Assembly (NCBI GenBank): GCA_007376145.1
Contig: VMFP01000002.1
Span: 8,679 to 72,678, forward strand
Source of the DNA: Parcubacteria group bacterium Gr01-1014_38
GTDB taxonomy: Bacteria; Patescibacteriota; Andersenbacteria; UBA10190; CAIZMI01
Length of the DNA: 64,000 nt
Reading direction: 5' to 3'
Part shown: one piece after another, positions 1 to 9,378 of the stretch
Layout: the number at the start of each line of letters is the position of its first letter
Numbering within the stretch: position 1 is the stretch's first letter
The notes under the pieces: generated by a model
What the model was told of the DNA's origin: nothing
The model's input: the letters and a program-made list of their open reading frames with translations, nothing else
Databases searched by the model: none
Made by a program: the position numbers and the translations under genes

Positions 1-940
1 CGGCTCCGAGACGCTCCATGCCGCGGATAAAGCCGAAGAGGATATTGCCCGTGCCGAGCGGCAGGATGATGTAGACCTTCGCCGATGCCTTGCCCGTCTT
101 TCCCAGCTCATCCCGCAAAAACGTGAGGCACTGCTGCGCCAGGAGAGAGTACATAAAGATGCCCACACCGTCCCAGCCATCGGTGACCTGCCAGTGTCCT
201 TCCCGTTCAATCCTCTCGCCCGCCATGGCAGCGACCACGTTGTAGAGCTGCTCCCGTGACAGGATCGCGCCGGCACCTGTGGAGATGGAGGTCACTCGGC
301 AATAGGGACCGCGCAGCTCCATCCTCATGTCGAGAGGCGTGGAAGCATCCACCAGGCAGTAGACCGTTTTCCGTTTTTTGGGCGGCACTGTGGCGTTCCA
401 GCGTTTGACCAGCTTCGCCAGGCTGAGTCCGGCGTTGCCGGCCGTCCAGAGTGCCAGGTGCTGAACGTCATGCTCGATCGCTTGAGAGAGCACCGCCCAC
501 GAGCGGAGGTCTTTGTGGGTGCCGGACCAGGTGTACGGGGACATATCCAAAACCCATGTTCCCCCAAGGCCCGAAAAGCGAGCCAGGTGCTCCATTTCGA
601 AGAGCGCCGGCTGGCCGCAAGGAACATGCAGCTTGGCCTGGAACAATTCTTTGAGCGCATCTCTGGGTTCCTTGAGACGGCCGCGTGACCGGAGTAGGAG
701 GTCTCTGCATCCATATTGAAGTAGTACTTCAGGAATGTCCTTGGCCTCCGGAATAATCGTGACGAAGCTCGAAGCCAGTTCAGCTTCTGCGATGGGACTG
801 AAGAATTCATGGCTCCGGTAACGGTTCATGCAGGTTGTGCAGAGAGCGTCGTTCGTGCGGTACGGACGCTCGAGCGACTTCCTGCACACCAGGCACCACG
901 CTTGCCAGTTCTCGTTGAACTCGAATCCCAATTCAGCCAT
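1..940 (-). CDS. PLP-dependent threonine synthase-like enzyme with an N-terminal CxxC...CxxC zinc ribbon. Only the 5' part is in the window; the gene runs off the left edge.
   Basis: My translation of the minus strand from the ATG at 938-940 (preceded by GGAGG) gives MAELGFEFNENWQAWCLVCRKSLERPYRTNDALCTTCMNRY...TWSGTHKDLRS...WTAGNAGLSLA... with no stop down to position 1. SGTHKD resembles the fold-type II PLP lysine motif (TGSFKDR). The track omits this ORF because it is edge-truncated. Confidence 0.55.
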   Translation of the reverse strand, partial: MAELGFEFNENWQAWCLVCRKSLERPYRTNDALCTTCMNRYRSHEFFSPIAEAELASSFVTIIPEAKDIPEVLLQYGCRDLLLRSRGRLKEPRDALKELFQAKLHVPCGQPALFEMEHLARFSGLGGTWVLDMSPYTWSGTHKDLRSWAVLSQAIEHDVQHLALWTAGNAGLSLAKLVKRWNATVPPKKRKTVYCLVDASTPLDMRMELRGPYCRVTSISTGAGAILSREQLYNVVAAMAGERIEREGHWQVTDGWDGVGIFMYSLLAQQCLTFLRDELGKTGKASAKVYIILPLGTGNILFGFIRGMERLGA

Positions 941-1479
941 GAGAAAATCCTCCAAGAAGGGGGTAGGTTCGTTGATTTTCAAAGGACAGGAAGATACCGC
1001 GAACCGAGACGATAGCAAATATCCGTCAGTCGGTCAACAGTCGCAGTGTGCTCAACCGAAAAGCCACGAAAGATCGAGGAAGTCCAGAAGAAACGAGACA
1101 TGAGACGACCCTTTTTAGAGTGTCTCATTTGTCTCATTTCCCTCGTGGAAGCCCCGACCCACGTGCCTCAAACCGCCTCTTGAAAAGGTCTCGAAAAAAG
1201 CTCTACGCTGACCAACAATCCCGGGTACTGAACCTGGGTGGCCCGCCATTCGACTCGCGTGAGCGAGAAGAATGACCCTGAGCGACGAGCGTAGCGAAGG
1301 AGTTCACTCCGAGCGGAGTCGAGGAGTCGAAGGGCCAAGATCCTTTGTCGCTCACGCTCGCTCATGGTAAACCAGGAATACTTTTTATCGGCAGACCTAA
1401 GCACTTAATACTCACCAGAAGGGATGTATTTAACCAACTTATTATCAGAGAGTATCGTCAGGTTGAGGCATTCTCTCGC

Positions 1480-2055
1480 ATGAAAAGAAGCAAAAGAACG
1501 TGTGAGTGGCCGGCGGGAGATACACTGATGGTGAAGTATCACGACGCGGAATGGGGCGTTCCGGTCCACAACGACCGGACGCATTTTGAATACCTCCTTC
1601 TCGACACCATGCAAGCGGGGCTCTCGTGGAGGACCATCCTGCACAAGCGCGAGAACTTCCGGAAGGCGTTTGACCGATTCGATTTCCGAAGAATTTCCCG
1701 CTACGGCCGAAAGGATGTTCAGCGGCTGCTCCGCGACGCTGGCATTATCCGTAACCGGCTGAAAATTCTCTCTGCCATTGAAAACGCGAAACGATTCCTG
1801 GAGATCCGCAAGGAGTTCGGCACCTTCGACCGCTACATCTGGCAATTCGTCGGTGGGAAGCCGATCCGGCACCGATTCCGGTCACTCAAGGAGTTGCCGG
1901 ATCGGACCAAAGAGTCCGACGCGATGAGCGCGAATTTAAAGAAGCGCGGTTTCCGCTTTGTCGGCTCTACGATCTGCTACGCCTATATGCAGGGGGCGGG
2001 GATGGTGAACGATCACGTTGTCGGCTGTTTCCGAAATCGAGGACCGTCGCGTTGA
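1480..2055 (+). CDS. tag: DNA-3-methyladenine glycosylase I
   Basis: MKRSKRTCEWPAGDTLMVKYHDAEWGVPVHNDRTHFEYLLLDTMQAGLSW matches the Tag N-terminus (CxW..YHDxEWGxP). The track ORF starts upstream at 1345; the internal ATG at 1480 matches the family start. Confidence 0.8.
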   Translation: MKRSKRTCEWPAGDTLMVKYHDAEWGVPVHNDRTHFEYLLLDTMQAGLSWRTILHKRENFRKAFDRFDFRRISRYGRKDVQRLLRDAGIIRNRLKILSAIENAKRFLEIRKEFGTFDRYIWQFVGGKPIRHRFRSLKELPDRTKESDAMSANLKKRGFRFVGSTICYAYMQGAGMVNDHVVGCFRNRGPSR

Positions 2056-2271
2056 AGGAACATCGGAATCAATAAAGAGGGTTTGGCATGGTACAGTAGC
2101 CTTTCGGTTTTAGGATCGCCTTGCCGAAAGGAGATTTTTTTCGGTACAATATCTTCGCGCGCTTTCATTCCGTGTGCTCGTATCTTTGTCCTGCTGTAGC
2201 AGGACAAAGATACGAGTTCGGGGTGTCGGCCACCGCCGACGCCCCATCGGAGGCGCTTCGTTTCACTTCGC

Positions 2272-2346
2272 GCGCTCGTAGCTCAGCGGTAGAGCAGGGG
2301 CCTCTTAAGCCCAAGGTCGCAGGTTCGAATCCTGCCGGGCGCACCA
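2272..2346 (+). tRNA. tRNA-Lys (anticodon CTT)
   Basis: Cloverleaf: acceptor GCGCTCG/CGGGCGC (one G.U pair), D-arm GCTC-AGCGGTA-GAGC, anticodon loop CTCTTAA, T-arm GCAGG-TTCGAAT-CCTGC, discriminator A plus an encoded CCA. Close to E. coli tRNA-Lys. Confidence 0.85.
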
Positions 2347-2352
2347 ATAGTT

Positions 2353-3270
2353 ATGTACAGATATCATCATCCCACGCCGATTGTGATAAAGCTCACTGAC
2401 GAGCTTGGTTTTCAATTGAGACAAAAAGCAGCGGAATATGTTGCCGCTAATCAGAATCGAACAGGGGCGGAAAGAGGAAGCTCGGAAGAGCAAGGGTTTG
2501 GCGCGCTTGCAGAAATGGTTGTTCGAAATAAACTCGGAATGCCTGAAATTAACCCCGAAAATCATCCGCTAGGATACGATATTCTGTTACCATCCGGCGT
2601 AAAGTTGGACGTGAAGTGCCGCGGTGGGGCGCTAGCATTCAAGGAAGAATATGAAAGTAGTGATGGGATAATGAGAGAGGCCAAGCATAATTTCTTTGCA
2701 CGTCAAATCCATGATGAAGAATTGGATACTGAAATTTACTTAATGACCCACCTCGAAACACCAAGCAACCGCGAACTTCCCGGCACGACGCGACAAAGGA
2801 AATGGATAGTCTACATCTGCGGCTGGGTATCGAAAGAACGAGTTGTACGAGAAGGCGTTTACCTGCCGCGCGGCTCCCTAACCGAACAAGGCAGGACTTG
2901 GTTCACTTACCGAGGACAAGAAGTAGAATTCTATAACCGCAATCTGAACGGCCTAGAAAAGATAGAGGATTTGTTGAGTATTGAGCGTACTGATATTGAA
3001 AAAGACAAGCACCACCAAGGCGATTTGAATCTAACCTCCGTTGATGCAGTGCGAATCGTTTACGACCTCATTGGTCGCGGTGTGCTCTCAGAAAAACACC
3101 TTGCCTTTGTTCAGAAAGAAACTGGCCTGGCCAAAATTGTGAAGCCGATTTTACACTCAAATCAGTATTTCCACCTTCTGAATTGGCTCAAAGGAAAAGG
3201 TGTGTTGACTGATAGTGAAATTAAAAAAGCGCAGCAAATTCTCCAAGAGGAGCCGTATAGCGGAATCTAA
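2353..3270 (+). CDS. Putative type II restriction endonuclease (PD-(D/E)xK-like), the convergent partner of the methyltransferase
   Basis: 305-aa ORF in a low-GC stretch. GYDILLPSGVKLDVKC fits a D...(D/E)xK nuclease motif. Its 3' end overlaps the MTase gene by 4 bp. No family assignment is possible from sequence alone. An alternative start is the MVVRNK methionine near 2514. Confidence 0.4.
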   Translation: MYRYHHPTPIVIKLTDELGFQLRQKAAEYVAANQNRTGAERGSSEEQGFGALAEMVVRNKLGMPEINPENHPLGYDILLPSGVKLDVKCRGGALAFKEEYESSDGIMREAKHNFFARQIHDEELDTEIYLMTHLETPSNRELPGTTRQRKWIVYICGWVSKERVVREGVYLPRGSLTEQGRTWFTYRGQEVEFYNRNLNGLEKIEDLLSIERTDIEKDKHHQGDLNLTSVDAVRIVYDLIGRGVLSEKHLAFVQKETGLAKIVKPILHSNQYFHLLNWLKGKGVLTDSEIKKAQQILQEEPYSGI

Positions 3271-4403
3271 AATAGCTTTAGTTTGTTGCTCTCTGCCTTG
3301 TATTGAGTTTCAGCTTCTTTAATACGTTGTTTGGAAACCTCGATGTAATCAACCTTGTGCTTTTTGAAGAGATACACTTCTTGATTTTTCTCAACACCAA
3401 TAAATTTTCTTCTCTCCAGAACTGCCGATACAAGAAAACTACCGCTTCCACAAGCGTTGTCTAATACAATATCGCCTTCCCTTGTGAAGGTTCGGATCAA
3501 GTAACGGCCAAGTTCTATTGGTTTTTGCGTTGGATGATAAACTTCTCCTTCGCTTTCGGCAGTTTTGAAATAAATAACATCAGTTGGGTATCGTTCGCCA
3601 TTGCTTTTCACCTCGACAGTTTTGAAATCGCCATAACTACCCGTTAACTGATCCTTTCTAAAACCTTTATTGTAAGGTTCGCCATTGCTCATTTGAGGAT
3701 TGTACGTTGGTTGGCTCTTGTAAAAGACGAGAACATCCTCATGCTTCCTCAGCGGTTGTTTTTTTGCGTTCAAGAAATTTGTCGGTTTTGACTTAACCCA
3801 CGTTATTTTATATTTGAAAATTTTTGGATTAGAAAGCATCAAGGTAGCGGTAAAAAGTCCTTGCGCCGTGAGGACAATAACTCCTTCGTCTTTAACAATT
3901 CTTTCGTAGTGCAGCCATAGTTGGTCAAGCGGAATCACGCTATCCCAGTGATTTTGCGTAGTGCCATAAGGAAGATCGCACAAAATCATGTCTATTGATT
4001 TTGCGGGAACGCCTTTCATTATTTCCAAACAATCACCCTCAAGTATTTTATTTTCAAAATGAGCAATCGTCTTTTTGCTTTTAACCTCTTCGGCTTTCGG
4101 CTCTTCTACGCCGAGATTTTTACGCAGATACCATAAACAGTAGGTATTGACCGGCAATCCTTCTTGTTGTGCGCGTTGTTCAAGTTCCAAATAGGAATTT
4201 GTTCTTAACAGGTTACGTAGTTCGTTGCTTCCGAGATCGGCGATGCTTTTATATACATCTTTGTTTCTTGAGCCAAAAGCTAAGATAAACCCCTTTGCTT
4301 TCAGGTTCGCTTCCTTGTAGTCGGGGAAGTACACTGCTTTGAAAATCTGATTACTCGGCATGAATGTATTATAGTATGATACCCACGGATTTTCCATTGG
4401 CAA
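3267..4403 (-). CDS. DNA methyltransferase (N6-adenine/N4-cytosine, beta-class, PF01555-like)
   Basis: Motif IV CDLPYG (DPPY-like) comes before motif I DNACGSGSF, and HPTQKPIEL is the PF01555 signature. Low-GC composition. Confidence 0.8.
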   Translation of the reverse strand: MPMENPWVSYYNTFMPSNQIFKAVYFPDYKEANLKAKGFILAFGSRNKDVYKSIADLGSNELRNLLRTNSYLELEQRAQQEGLPVNTYCLWYLRKNLGVEEPKAEEVKSKKTIAHFENKILEGDCLEIMKGVPAKSIDMILCDLPYGTTQNHWDSVIPLDQLWLHYERIVKDEGVIVLTAQGLFTATLMLSNPKIFKYKITWVKSKPTNFLNAKKQPLRKHEDVLVFYKSQPTYNPQMSNGEPYNKGFRKDQLTGSYGDFKTVEVKSNGERYPTDVIYFKTAESEGEVYHPTQKPIELGRYLIRTFTREGDIVLDNACGSGSFLVSAVLERRKFIGVEKNQEVYLFKKHKVDYIEVSKQRIKEAETQYKAESNKLKLF

Positions 4404-4537
4404 TTATCCACAAGCCGCGTCCGAGCTTCCCCTGGAGTCCTGCACCAGAGCAAGTTCGATGCGGGATAAACTCTGCGGAGGCAGTCAGTCCTTCTCAAAA
4501 AAGGTTCACGCGAAATGTATGATTCGGGCACCAACAT

Positions 4538-5104
4538 CTAAAATCCCAACCAGTGCGCGAGGAGGTCGGGGAGGGGTTCGCGGAGGTTGACGTCTTCTTT
4601 GACGCCGCGGCGGAGCGCCCGGCGAACGGCCTCGGGGTCTTGGTCGCCGAGCGGCAGGTGGAGAAGCGGCATGACGAGGCGTTTGCTGCGGATGAGCGCG
4701 AGCATGCCGGTAGGGGATTCCACGACGTTGAATGCTTCGAGGTCACGGAGGAGGTACCGGCGGTCATTGATGGTGAGATCGTCACGGCTGATCTGGATGC
4801 GGAGCGATCGCGGTGAGCGCTCGCTGTAGATGAGGATCAGGACGCCGGAGAGTACAAAGACGACGCCGCTCAAGAAGGAGCGGAGGAGGAACGCGACAAA
4901 GACGAGGGCCGCCATCCCCGCGCCGAAGGCCGCGTACCAGAGTGCGCCCTTCGGCTGCGGGTGGAATTCTGACGTTTCCCAAGCGAGAGCGGGCAGGGCC
5001 GGCGGGAGCGGCTGCGGTTCAGCGGCAGCGACGGTTGCCGCAGGCGTCGGCGGAGGACCCGGGTGCGACGCGGTACTCTGGCGGAGATTCACGGTGTCCG
5101 GCAT
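4538..5104 (-). CDS. Membrane protein with two TM helices and a bacterial PH-like (bPH_2-like) C-terminal region. Hypothetical.
   Basis: Hydrophobic stretches AALVFVAFLL and VVFVLSGVLILIY are followed by a soluble domain. Proline-rich N-terminus. Confidence 0.4.
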   Translation of the reverse strand: MPDTVNLRQSTASHPGPPPTPAATVAAAEPQPLPPALPALAWETSEFHPQPKGALWYAAFGAGMAALVFVAFLLRSFLSGVVFVLSGVLILIYSERSPRSLRIQISRDDLTINDRRYLLRDLEAFNVVESPTGMLALIRSKRLVMPLLHLPLGDQDPEAVRRALRRGVKEDVNLREPLPDLLAHWLGF

Positions 5105-5163
5105 GCCGTGTAGGCTCTTCCACCAGCATACCGCGAAACGTCCTCACGTGCGGAATCGGCTTC

Positions 5164-5916
5164 TTATCCGCGCGCCACGACGGCCGCCCAGAGCTCCTTC
5201 GCTCCCGCAGATGCGAGCACCCCGGCGGCGGCCTCGAGCGTCGCGCCGCTTGTGAGGACATCATCCACGAGCACGAGGCGCGGCGGCGGAGGGTGCGGCA
5301 CGCCGGAGCGGAGGGCAAAGGCGCGCGCAACGTTCTGGCGGCGAACCGCCGCACTTCCCAGGAGGCTGGTCTGCGGCGACGTAGACCGCGTGCGAAAGAG
5401 GAGGGGTGTCACCGGAAGGCCGAGGTGCATTCCCATCGCCTCCGCGAGGAGCTGCGCTTGGTTAAACCCGCGGGCGCGTTCACGCCGGGGATGGAGCGGA
5501 AGGGGGACCAGAGCGGGAAGAGCGCCGTCGGGCGACTGCCGAAGCAGTCCCGCAGCCGCGATTTTCCGCGCGAGGAGGTCACCAAGCGGGCCGGCAAGAG
5601 CGCGGACTCCGCGGAATTTGAATGTCGAGATGGCGGAGCGGAGAATGGGATCTCGGTAGAGCCCGACGGCGACGGAACCCGCGAGCGGCGTGCGCGGGAG
5701 GCAGGTGTAGCAGGTGCGTCCCGTCGGGGCACGGAGACCGCACACGAGGCAGACCGGCGCATCAGGGGTCAGCCGCTGGCGGCAGGCGGCGCACAGCCAC
5801 CGGCCTGCCTCGTCGGTGGACGTCTCCTGGTACGTTCCGCACCCGACGCAGGCGATCGGGAAGAGGAGATCGAGGACGGCCCGCGCGGTGGAACGGACCC
5901 CCGCGCGGAGACTCAT
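5164..5916 (-). CDS. comFC: ComF family phosphoribosyltransferase (competence protein ComFC)
   Basis: N-terminal zinc finger CVGCG...CAACRQR...CLVCG...CYTC and PRTase motif LVLVDDVLTSGATL. The start is either MSLRAG at 5916 or the upstream Met at 5940. Confidence 0.7.
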   Translation of the reverse strand: MSLRAGVRSTARAVLDLLFPIACVGCGTYQETSTDEAGRWLCAACRQRLTPDAPVCLVCGLRAPTGRTCYTCLPRTPLAGSVAVGLYRDPILRSAISTFKFRGVRALAGPLGDLLARKIAAAGLLRQSPDGALPALVPLPLHPRRERARGFNQAQLLAEAMGMHLGLPVTPLLFRTRSTSPQTSLLGSAAVRRQNVARAFALRSGVPHPPPPRLVLVDDVLTSGATLEAAAGVLASAGAKELWAAVVARG

Positions 5917-5951
5917 GGGAACCCGCCCTGGGCCGCGCACGGCGTTAGGCG

Positions 5952-8540
5952 TCAGACGGTTGCCGTCGCCGCCACGGGTGCGGCGCGACGCTCTTTCTTC
6001 GGGTGCGAGGTTTCGAGTTTTACGGCTCCGTCGGCAAAGGTGATCTGCACCGACGCCCCCGGCTGGATGCTGGCGTCAATGATGCCGTTGGCGATGGGAT
6101 CTTCGACGAGCTCTTGGACGAACTGGCGGATGGGCCGGGCGCCTTCGTTCACGTCCCAGGCCCGCTTGGCGGTTTCATCACGGACGGCGTCGGCGACTTC
6201 TGCGTCAATCTTCTGCTTCCGGAGCCGCTCCTTCAAATCTTCGAGGTGCAGGGCCGCAATCCGGCGGAGCTCCGGCAGACCGAGCGGCTTGAAGACGACA
6301 ATCTGGTCGATGCGCGAGAGGAGCTCCGGCGGCATTTCTTCCTTGAGGTTCGAGAGGACCCGGTCTTTCGTTTCCTCGTACCGCTGTTTCGCTTCCTGGC
6401 GTTCGGACTCTCCCTGCACTTCGAACCCCATCTTCGCTTCCTTCGAAAGCTCGTGGGAACCGATGTTGCTCGTCATGATGATGATCGCGTTGCGGAAGTT
6501 CGCCTTCTTCCCGTGCGAGTCGGTGAGCTCTCCCTCTTCGAGAATTTGGAGGAGAATGTTGAACACGTCGTGGTGCGCCTTCTCAATTTCATCGAAGAGG
6601 ACGATGGCGTAGGGGCGGCGGCGGATCGCCTCGGTGAGTTTGCCGCCCTCCTCGTATCCCACGTAGCCCGCTGGGGCGCCGATGAGGCGAGACACGGCGT
6701 GCGCTTCCATGAATTCCGACATGTCCACCCGGACGAGCGCGGACTCGTCTTCGTAGATCTCCCGAGCCAGAACCTTGGCGAGTTCTGTCTTCCCGACGCC
6801 GGTCGGCCCCAGGAACAGGAAGCTTCCCACCGGACGGCGTGGGTTGCTGATCCCCGCGCGTGCCCGGCGGATGAAGCGGGAGACAATCTGGATCGCTTCC
6901 TTCTGGCCGACGATCTTGCTCCCGATTGTCCGCTCAAGGTTCTGGAGTTTCTTCCCTTCCGCTTTCACGAGGCGAGACACGGGGATGTTCGTCATCTCCG
7001 CGATGACGGTGGCAACGTCTTCCCGGGTGATGAGGACCGGTTCCCCGCCCGACGTCGCGGGAGACGCGTGGAGGGTGTGGACGTGCTCGGCCATGTCCTG
7101 TTCGGCTTTCTTGAGCGCGAGGGCTTCTTCGTAGCGCTCTTCGGCAATCGCTTTGTCCTTCTGGGCGGTAAGTTCCTTCAACTTCTCCTGCACTGCTTTG
7201 AGTTCGACCGCAGCGGGCGATCCCGCCATCCCACCGCGCTTCAGTCGCGCCGTCGACGCGGCTTCGTCGAGGAGATCGAGGGCCTTGTCGGGCAAGAACC
7301 GATCGGTGACATATCGCTTCGCGAGAGCCACGGAGGCCTCAAGAGCGTCGTCGGTGACTTTCGCACCGTGGTGCTTCTCGTACGATTCCCGCACGCCGCG
7401 GAGAACTTCGAGCGTCTCCGCTTCCGTCGCTTCCCGGACGATGATGGGCTGGAAGCGGCGTTCCAGCGCAGCGTCTTTCTCGATGTACTTCCGGTATTCG
7501 TCAAGCGTGGTGGCCCCAATGCACTGGATCTCCCCGTGGGAGAGCGTCGGCTTCAGGATGTTCGCCGCGTCGAGCGAACCGCCCGCCGATCCGGCGCCGA
7601 CGATGGTGTGGAGCTCATCAATGAAGAGCATGACGTTGGAGTTTTCCTTTGCTTCCCGGATGACTTCCTTGAGGCGCTCCTCGAACTCTCCGCGAAACGT
7701 GGTGCCGGCAAGCACGGCGGCGAGGTCGAGCGCCAAGATGCGCTTGTCCACGAGGTGCGGAGGCACCTGCCCCTTGGCGATGCGCTGGGCCAGCCCCACG
7801 ACGATGGCGGTCTTCCCCGTCCCGGGGTCTCCAATGAGGACGGGGTTGTTCTTCTGTTTCCGGGTCAGGATGCTCATGACCCGCTGGATCTCCTTCTGTC
7901 GTCCCACGACCGGATCGAACTTGCCCTGACGGGCCTGTTCGGTGAAATCCGTGCAGAAGTAGTCGAGAGCAGGCGTCCGCGACTTCGGGCGCTTCAGCTG
8001 CGCATCCATGCCCTTCGGCATCTGGATCGGCAGTCCGGTAAGACTTCCGAGACCACCCTGGAGGAAATTCGTGAGGTCGGGGAAGTGCGCCGTATTCCGT
8101 AAGACCACTTTCACCTGGTGGAGAAGCGTCTTTGTGTCCGCCGGCGAGCGCTCAAGGATCTGGTACGCCGTGGATTCCTTTGAGGTGAGGAGACCGTAGA
8201 GGAGGTGCTCGGTGCCGATGTACCGGTGCTGATGCTCAAACGCGGTCCGCGCGGCCCGCTCGAGTGCTTTCTCGGCGTCGGTCGCGAGAATTTCCTGGAA
8301 CTCTTGGCCGCGAGGGAGCGTTTCCAGTTCCGTTCGGACGTACTCCGGGGAGAGGCGGAGCTTCCGGAGCAGGGTAGCGGCAATGCTCCCCGTCTCTTTG
8401 CTCAAGCCGTAGAGAAGGTGCTCGCTGCCGACACCGTTGTGCTGAAGCTCATCGGCCACACGCGTCGCCTCCGCCAGGACATTCTTCAGGCGAGTTGTGA
8501 GCTTGTCTTGTATGGGAAGAGTGTTCATCTCTTTCATCAT
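5952..8540 (-). CDS. clpC: Clp/Hsp100 AAA+ chaperone ATPase, ClpC-like
   Basis: Two Clp_N repeats, two AAA+ modules (GDPGTGKTAIV and GPTGVGKTELAK), a short middle coiled coil, and a KMGF loop resembling the ClpP-docking xGF loop. Confidence 0.8.
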   Translation of the reverse strand: MMKEMNTLPIQDKLTTRLKNVLAEATRVADELQHNGVGSEHLLYGLSKETGSIAATLLRKLRLSPEYVRTELETLPRGQEFQEILATDAEKALERAARTAFEHQHRYIGTEHLLYGLLTSKESTAYQILERSPADTKTLLHQVKVVLRNTAHFPDLTNFLQGGLGSLTGLPIQMPKGMDAQLKRPKSRTPALDYFCTDFTEQARQGKFDPVVGRQKEIQRVMSILTRKQKNNPVLIGDPGTGKTAIVVGLAQRIAKGQVPPHLVDKRILALDLAAVLAGTTFRGEFEERLKEVIREAKENSNVMLFIDELHTIVGAGSAGGSLDAANILKPTLSHGEIQCIGATTLDEYRKYIEKDAALERRFQPIIVREATEAETLEVLRGVRESYEKHHGAKVTDDALEASVALAKRYVTDRFLPDKALDLLDEAASTARLKRGGMAGSPAAVELKAVQEKLKELTAQKDKAIAEERYEEALALKKAEQDMAEHVHTLHASPATSGGEPVLITREDVATVIAEMTNIPVSRLVKAEGKKLQNLERTIGSKIVGQKEAIQIVSRFIRRARAGISNPRRPVGSFLFLGPTGVGKTELAKVLAREIYEDESALVRVDMSEFMEAHAVSRLIGAPAGYVGYEEGGKLTEAIRRRPYAIVLFDEIEKAHHDVFNILLQILEEGELTDSHGKKANFRNAIIIMTSNIGSHELSKEAKMGFEVQGESERQEAKQRYEETKDRVLSNLKEEMPPELLSRIDQIVVFKPLGLPELRRIAALHLEDLKERLRKQKIDAEVADAVRDETAKRAWDVNEGARPIRQFVQELVEDPIANGIIDASIQPGASVQITFADGAVKLETSHPKKERRAAPVAATATV

Positions 8541-8581
8541 TGTACACTACGATTGGTGCGGGAGAGCTATGGTACCGGGAG

Positions 8582-9199
8582 ATGCCCCCAGCGTCAAGAA
8601 GCGGTAGCGCGTTCCCGCCGAGCAAAGGTCGCAGCGCGCCGCTCGGGGGGTGGACCACAGAGCGCGACGCACACCGTTCCGCGCGTCCAGCGCGGCGGCG
8701 AGATGATCCGCGGTACGTTGCGCTCCGCTTGCTGGCCATTCGGCCGCGGAGCATTCGAGAGCTGATGAGGCGGCTGAGCGAGAAAGGATTTCCTCCGGAG
8801 CGGGTGCAGGGAGTGATCCACGCACTTCAGGAACAAAGGATACTCGATGACGCGCAATTCTCCCACATCCTCATTGAACAGACGCTCGCGCGGAAACCGG
8901 TGGGGCGGAAGCTCCTGGCGTGGAAACTGCGGCAGGCGAGCGTCGCTCCCGAGGGTATCGAGGAAGCGCTCGGGAGAGTCTTCCCACGCGTTCGAGAACT
9001 CGCGCTCGCCCGTGCTGCCGCAGCGCAGAAGCTCGCCGAGCTCCTGCGGCGTCGGCGCATTGCGCCGCGGAGTGACCTCAAGGCACGCATCGGACGGTTT
9101 CTCCTCTCCCGGGGGTTTTCTCCAGAGCTCGTTCCCGAAGTTCTCGAAGAAATCGTGTTCGGGCGAGCGAGTCACGGGCCTCGTGGGGTCGAGCAGTAG
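8582..9199 (+). CDS. recX: Recombination regulator RecX
   Basis: YVALRLLAIRPRSIRELMRRLSEKGF matches the RecX N-terminal repeat, followed by three-helix repeats. The start is uncertain: the track gives 8540, and 8582 is the first ATG compatible with a divergent promoter. Confidence 0.6.
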   Translation: MPPASRSGSAFPPSKGRSAPLGGWTTERDAHRSARPARRRDDPRYVALRLLAIRPRSIRELMRRLSEKGFPPERVQGVIHALQEQRILDDAQFSHILIEQTLARKPVGRKLLAWKLRQASVAPEGIEEALGRVFPRVRELALARAAAAQKLAELLRRRRIAPRSDLKARIGRFLLSRGFSPELVPEVLEEIVFGRASHGPRGVEQ

Positions 9200-9200
9200 A

Positions 9201-9224
9201 GGACGCCACTCTAAGTGGCGTCCG
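9201..9224 (+). terminator. Perfect hairpin GGACGCCACT-ctaa-AGTGGCGTCC immediately after the recX stop. No T-run follows.
   Basis: 10-bp inverted repeat seen directly in the sequence. No poly-U tail, so intrinsic termination is uncertain. Confidence 0.3.
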
Positions 9225-9378
9225 ATCCCGCGAGACGGGCGGATGCGCGAGGATCGGACTCGCGAGCACCGCCACCCGGAAAGACGATGCAGAGAAGGAG
9301 GAAACCGCCAGGTTTCTTCCTTCGAGCTTCTGTGGCATAGTGCAAGCGGGAGCGAATCCAAAACACCATCCAAGACCC

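Noticed and set aside
325-810. 161-aa minus-strand ORF
   Set aside because: It is a +1 frame inside the threonine-synthase-like gene. The in-frame reading from the ATG at 940 gives the PLP-enzyme motifs.
4410-4537. Direct repeat of the tRNA-Lys 3' end marking the right border of the R-M island
   Set aside because: There is only a weak partial match (AGTTCGATGCGGG versus GGTTCGAATCCTGCCGGG), not enough to call an attachment-site repeat.
4942-6612. 556-aa plus-strand ORF
   Set aside because: Antisense to comFC and the 3' end of clpC. Arg/Ala/Gly-rich composition typical of spurious ORFs in high-GC DNA.
6003-8102. 699-aa plus-strand ORF
   Set aside because: Entirely antisense to clpC, which has unambiguous AAA+ motifs.
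8594-9373. 259-aa minus-strand ORF
   Set aside because: Antisense to recX and the recX-pilM intergenic hairpins.
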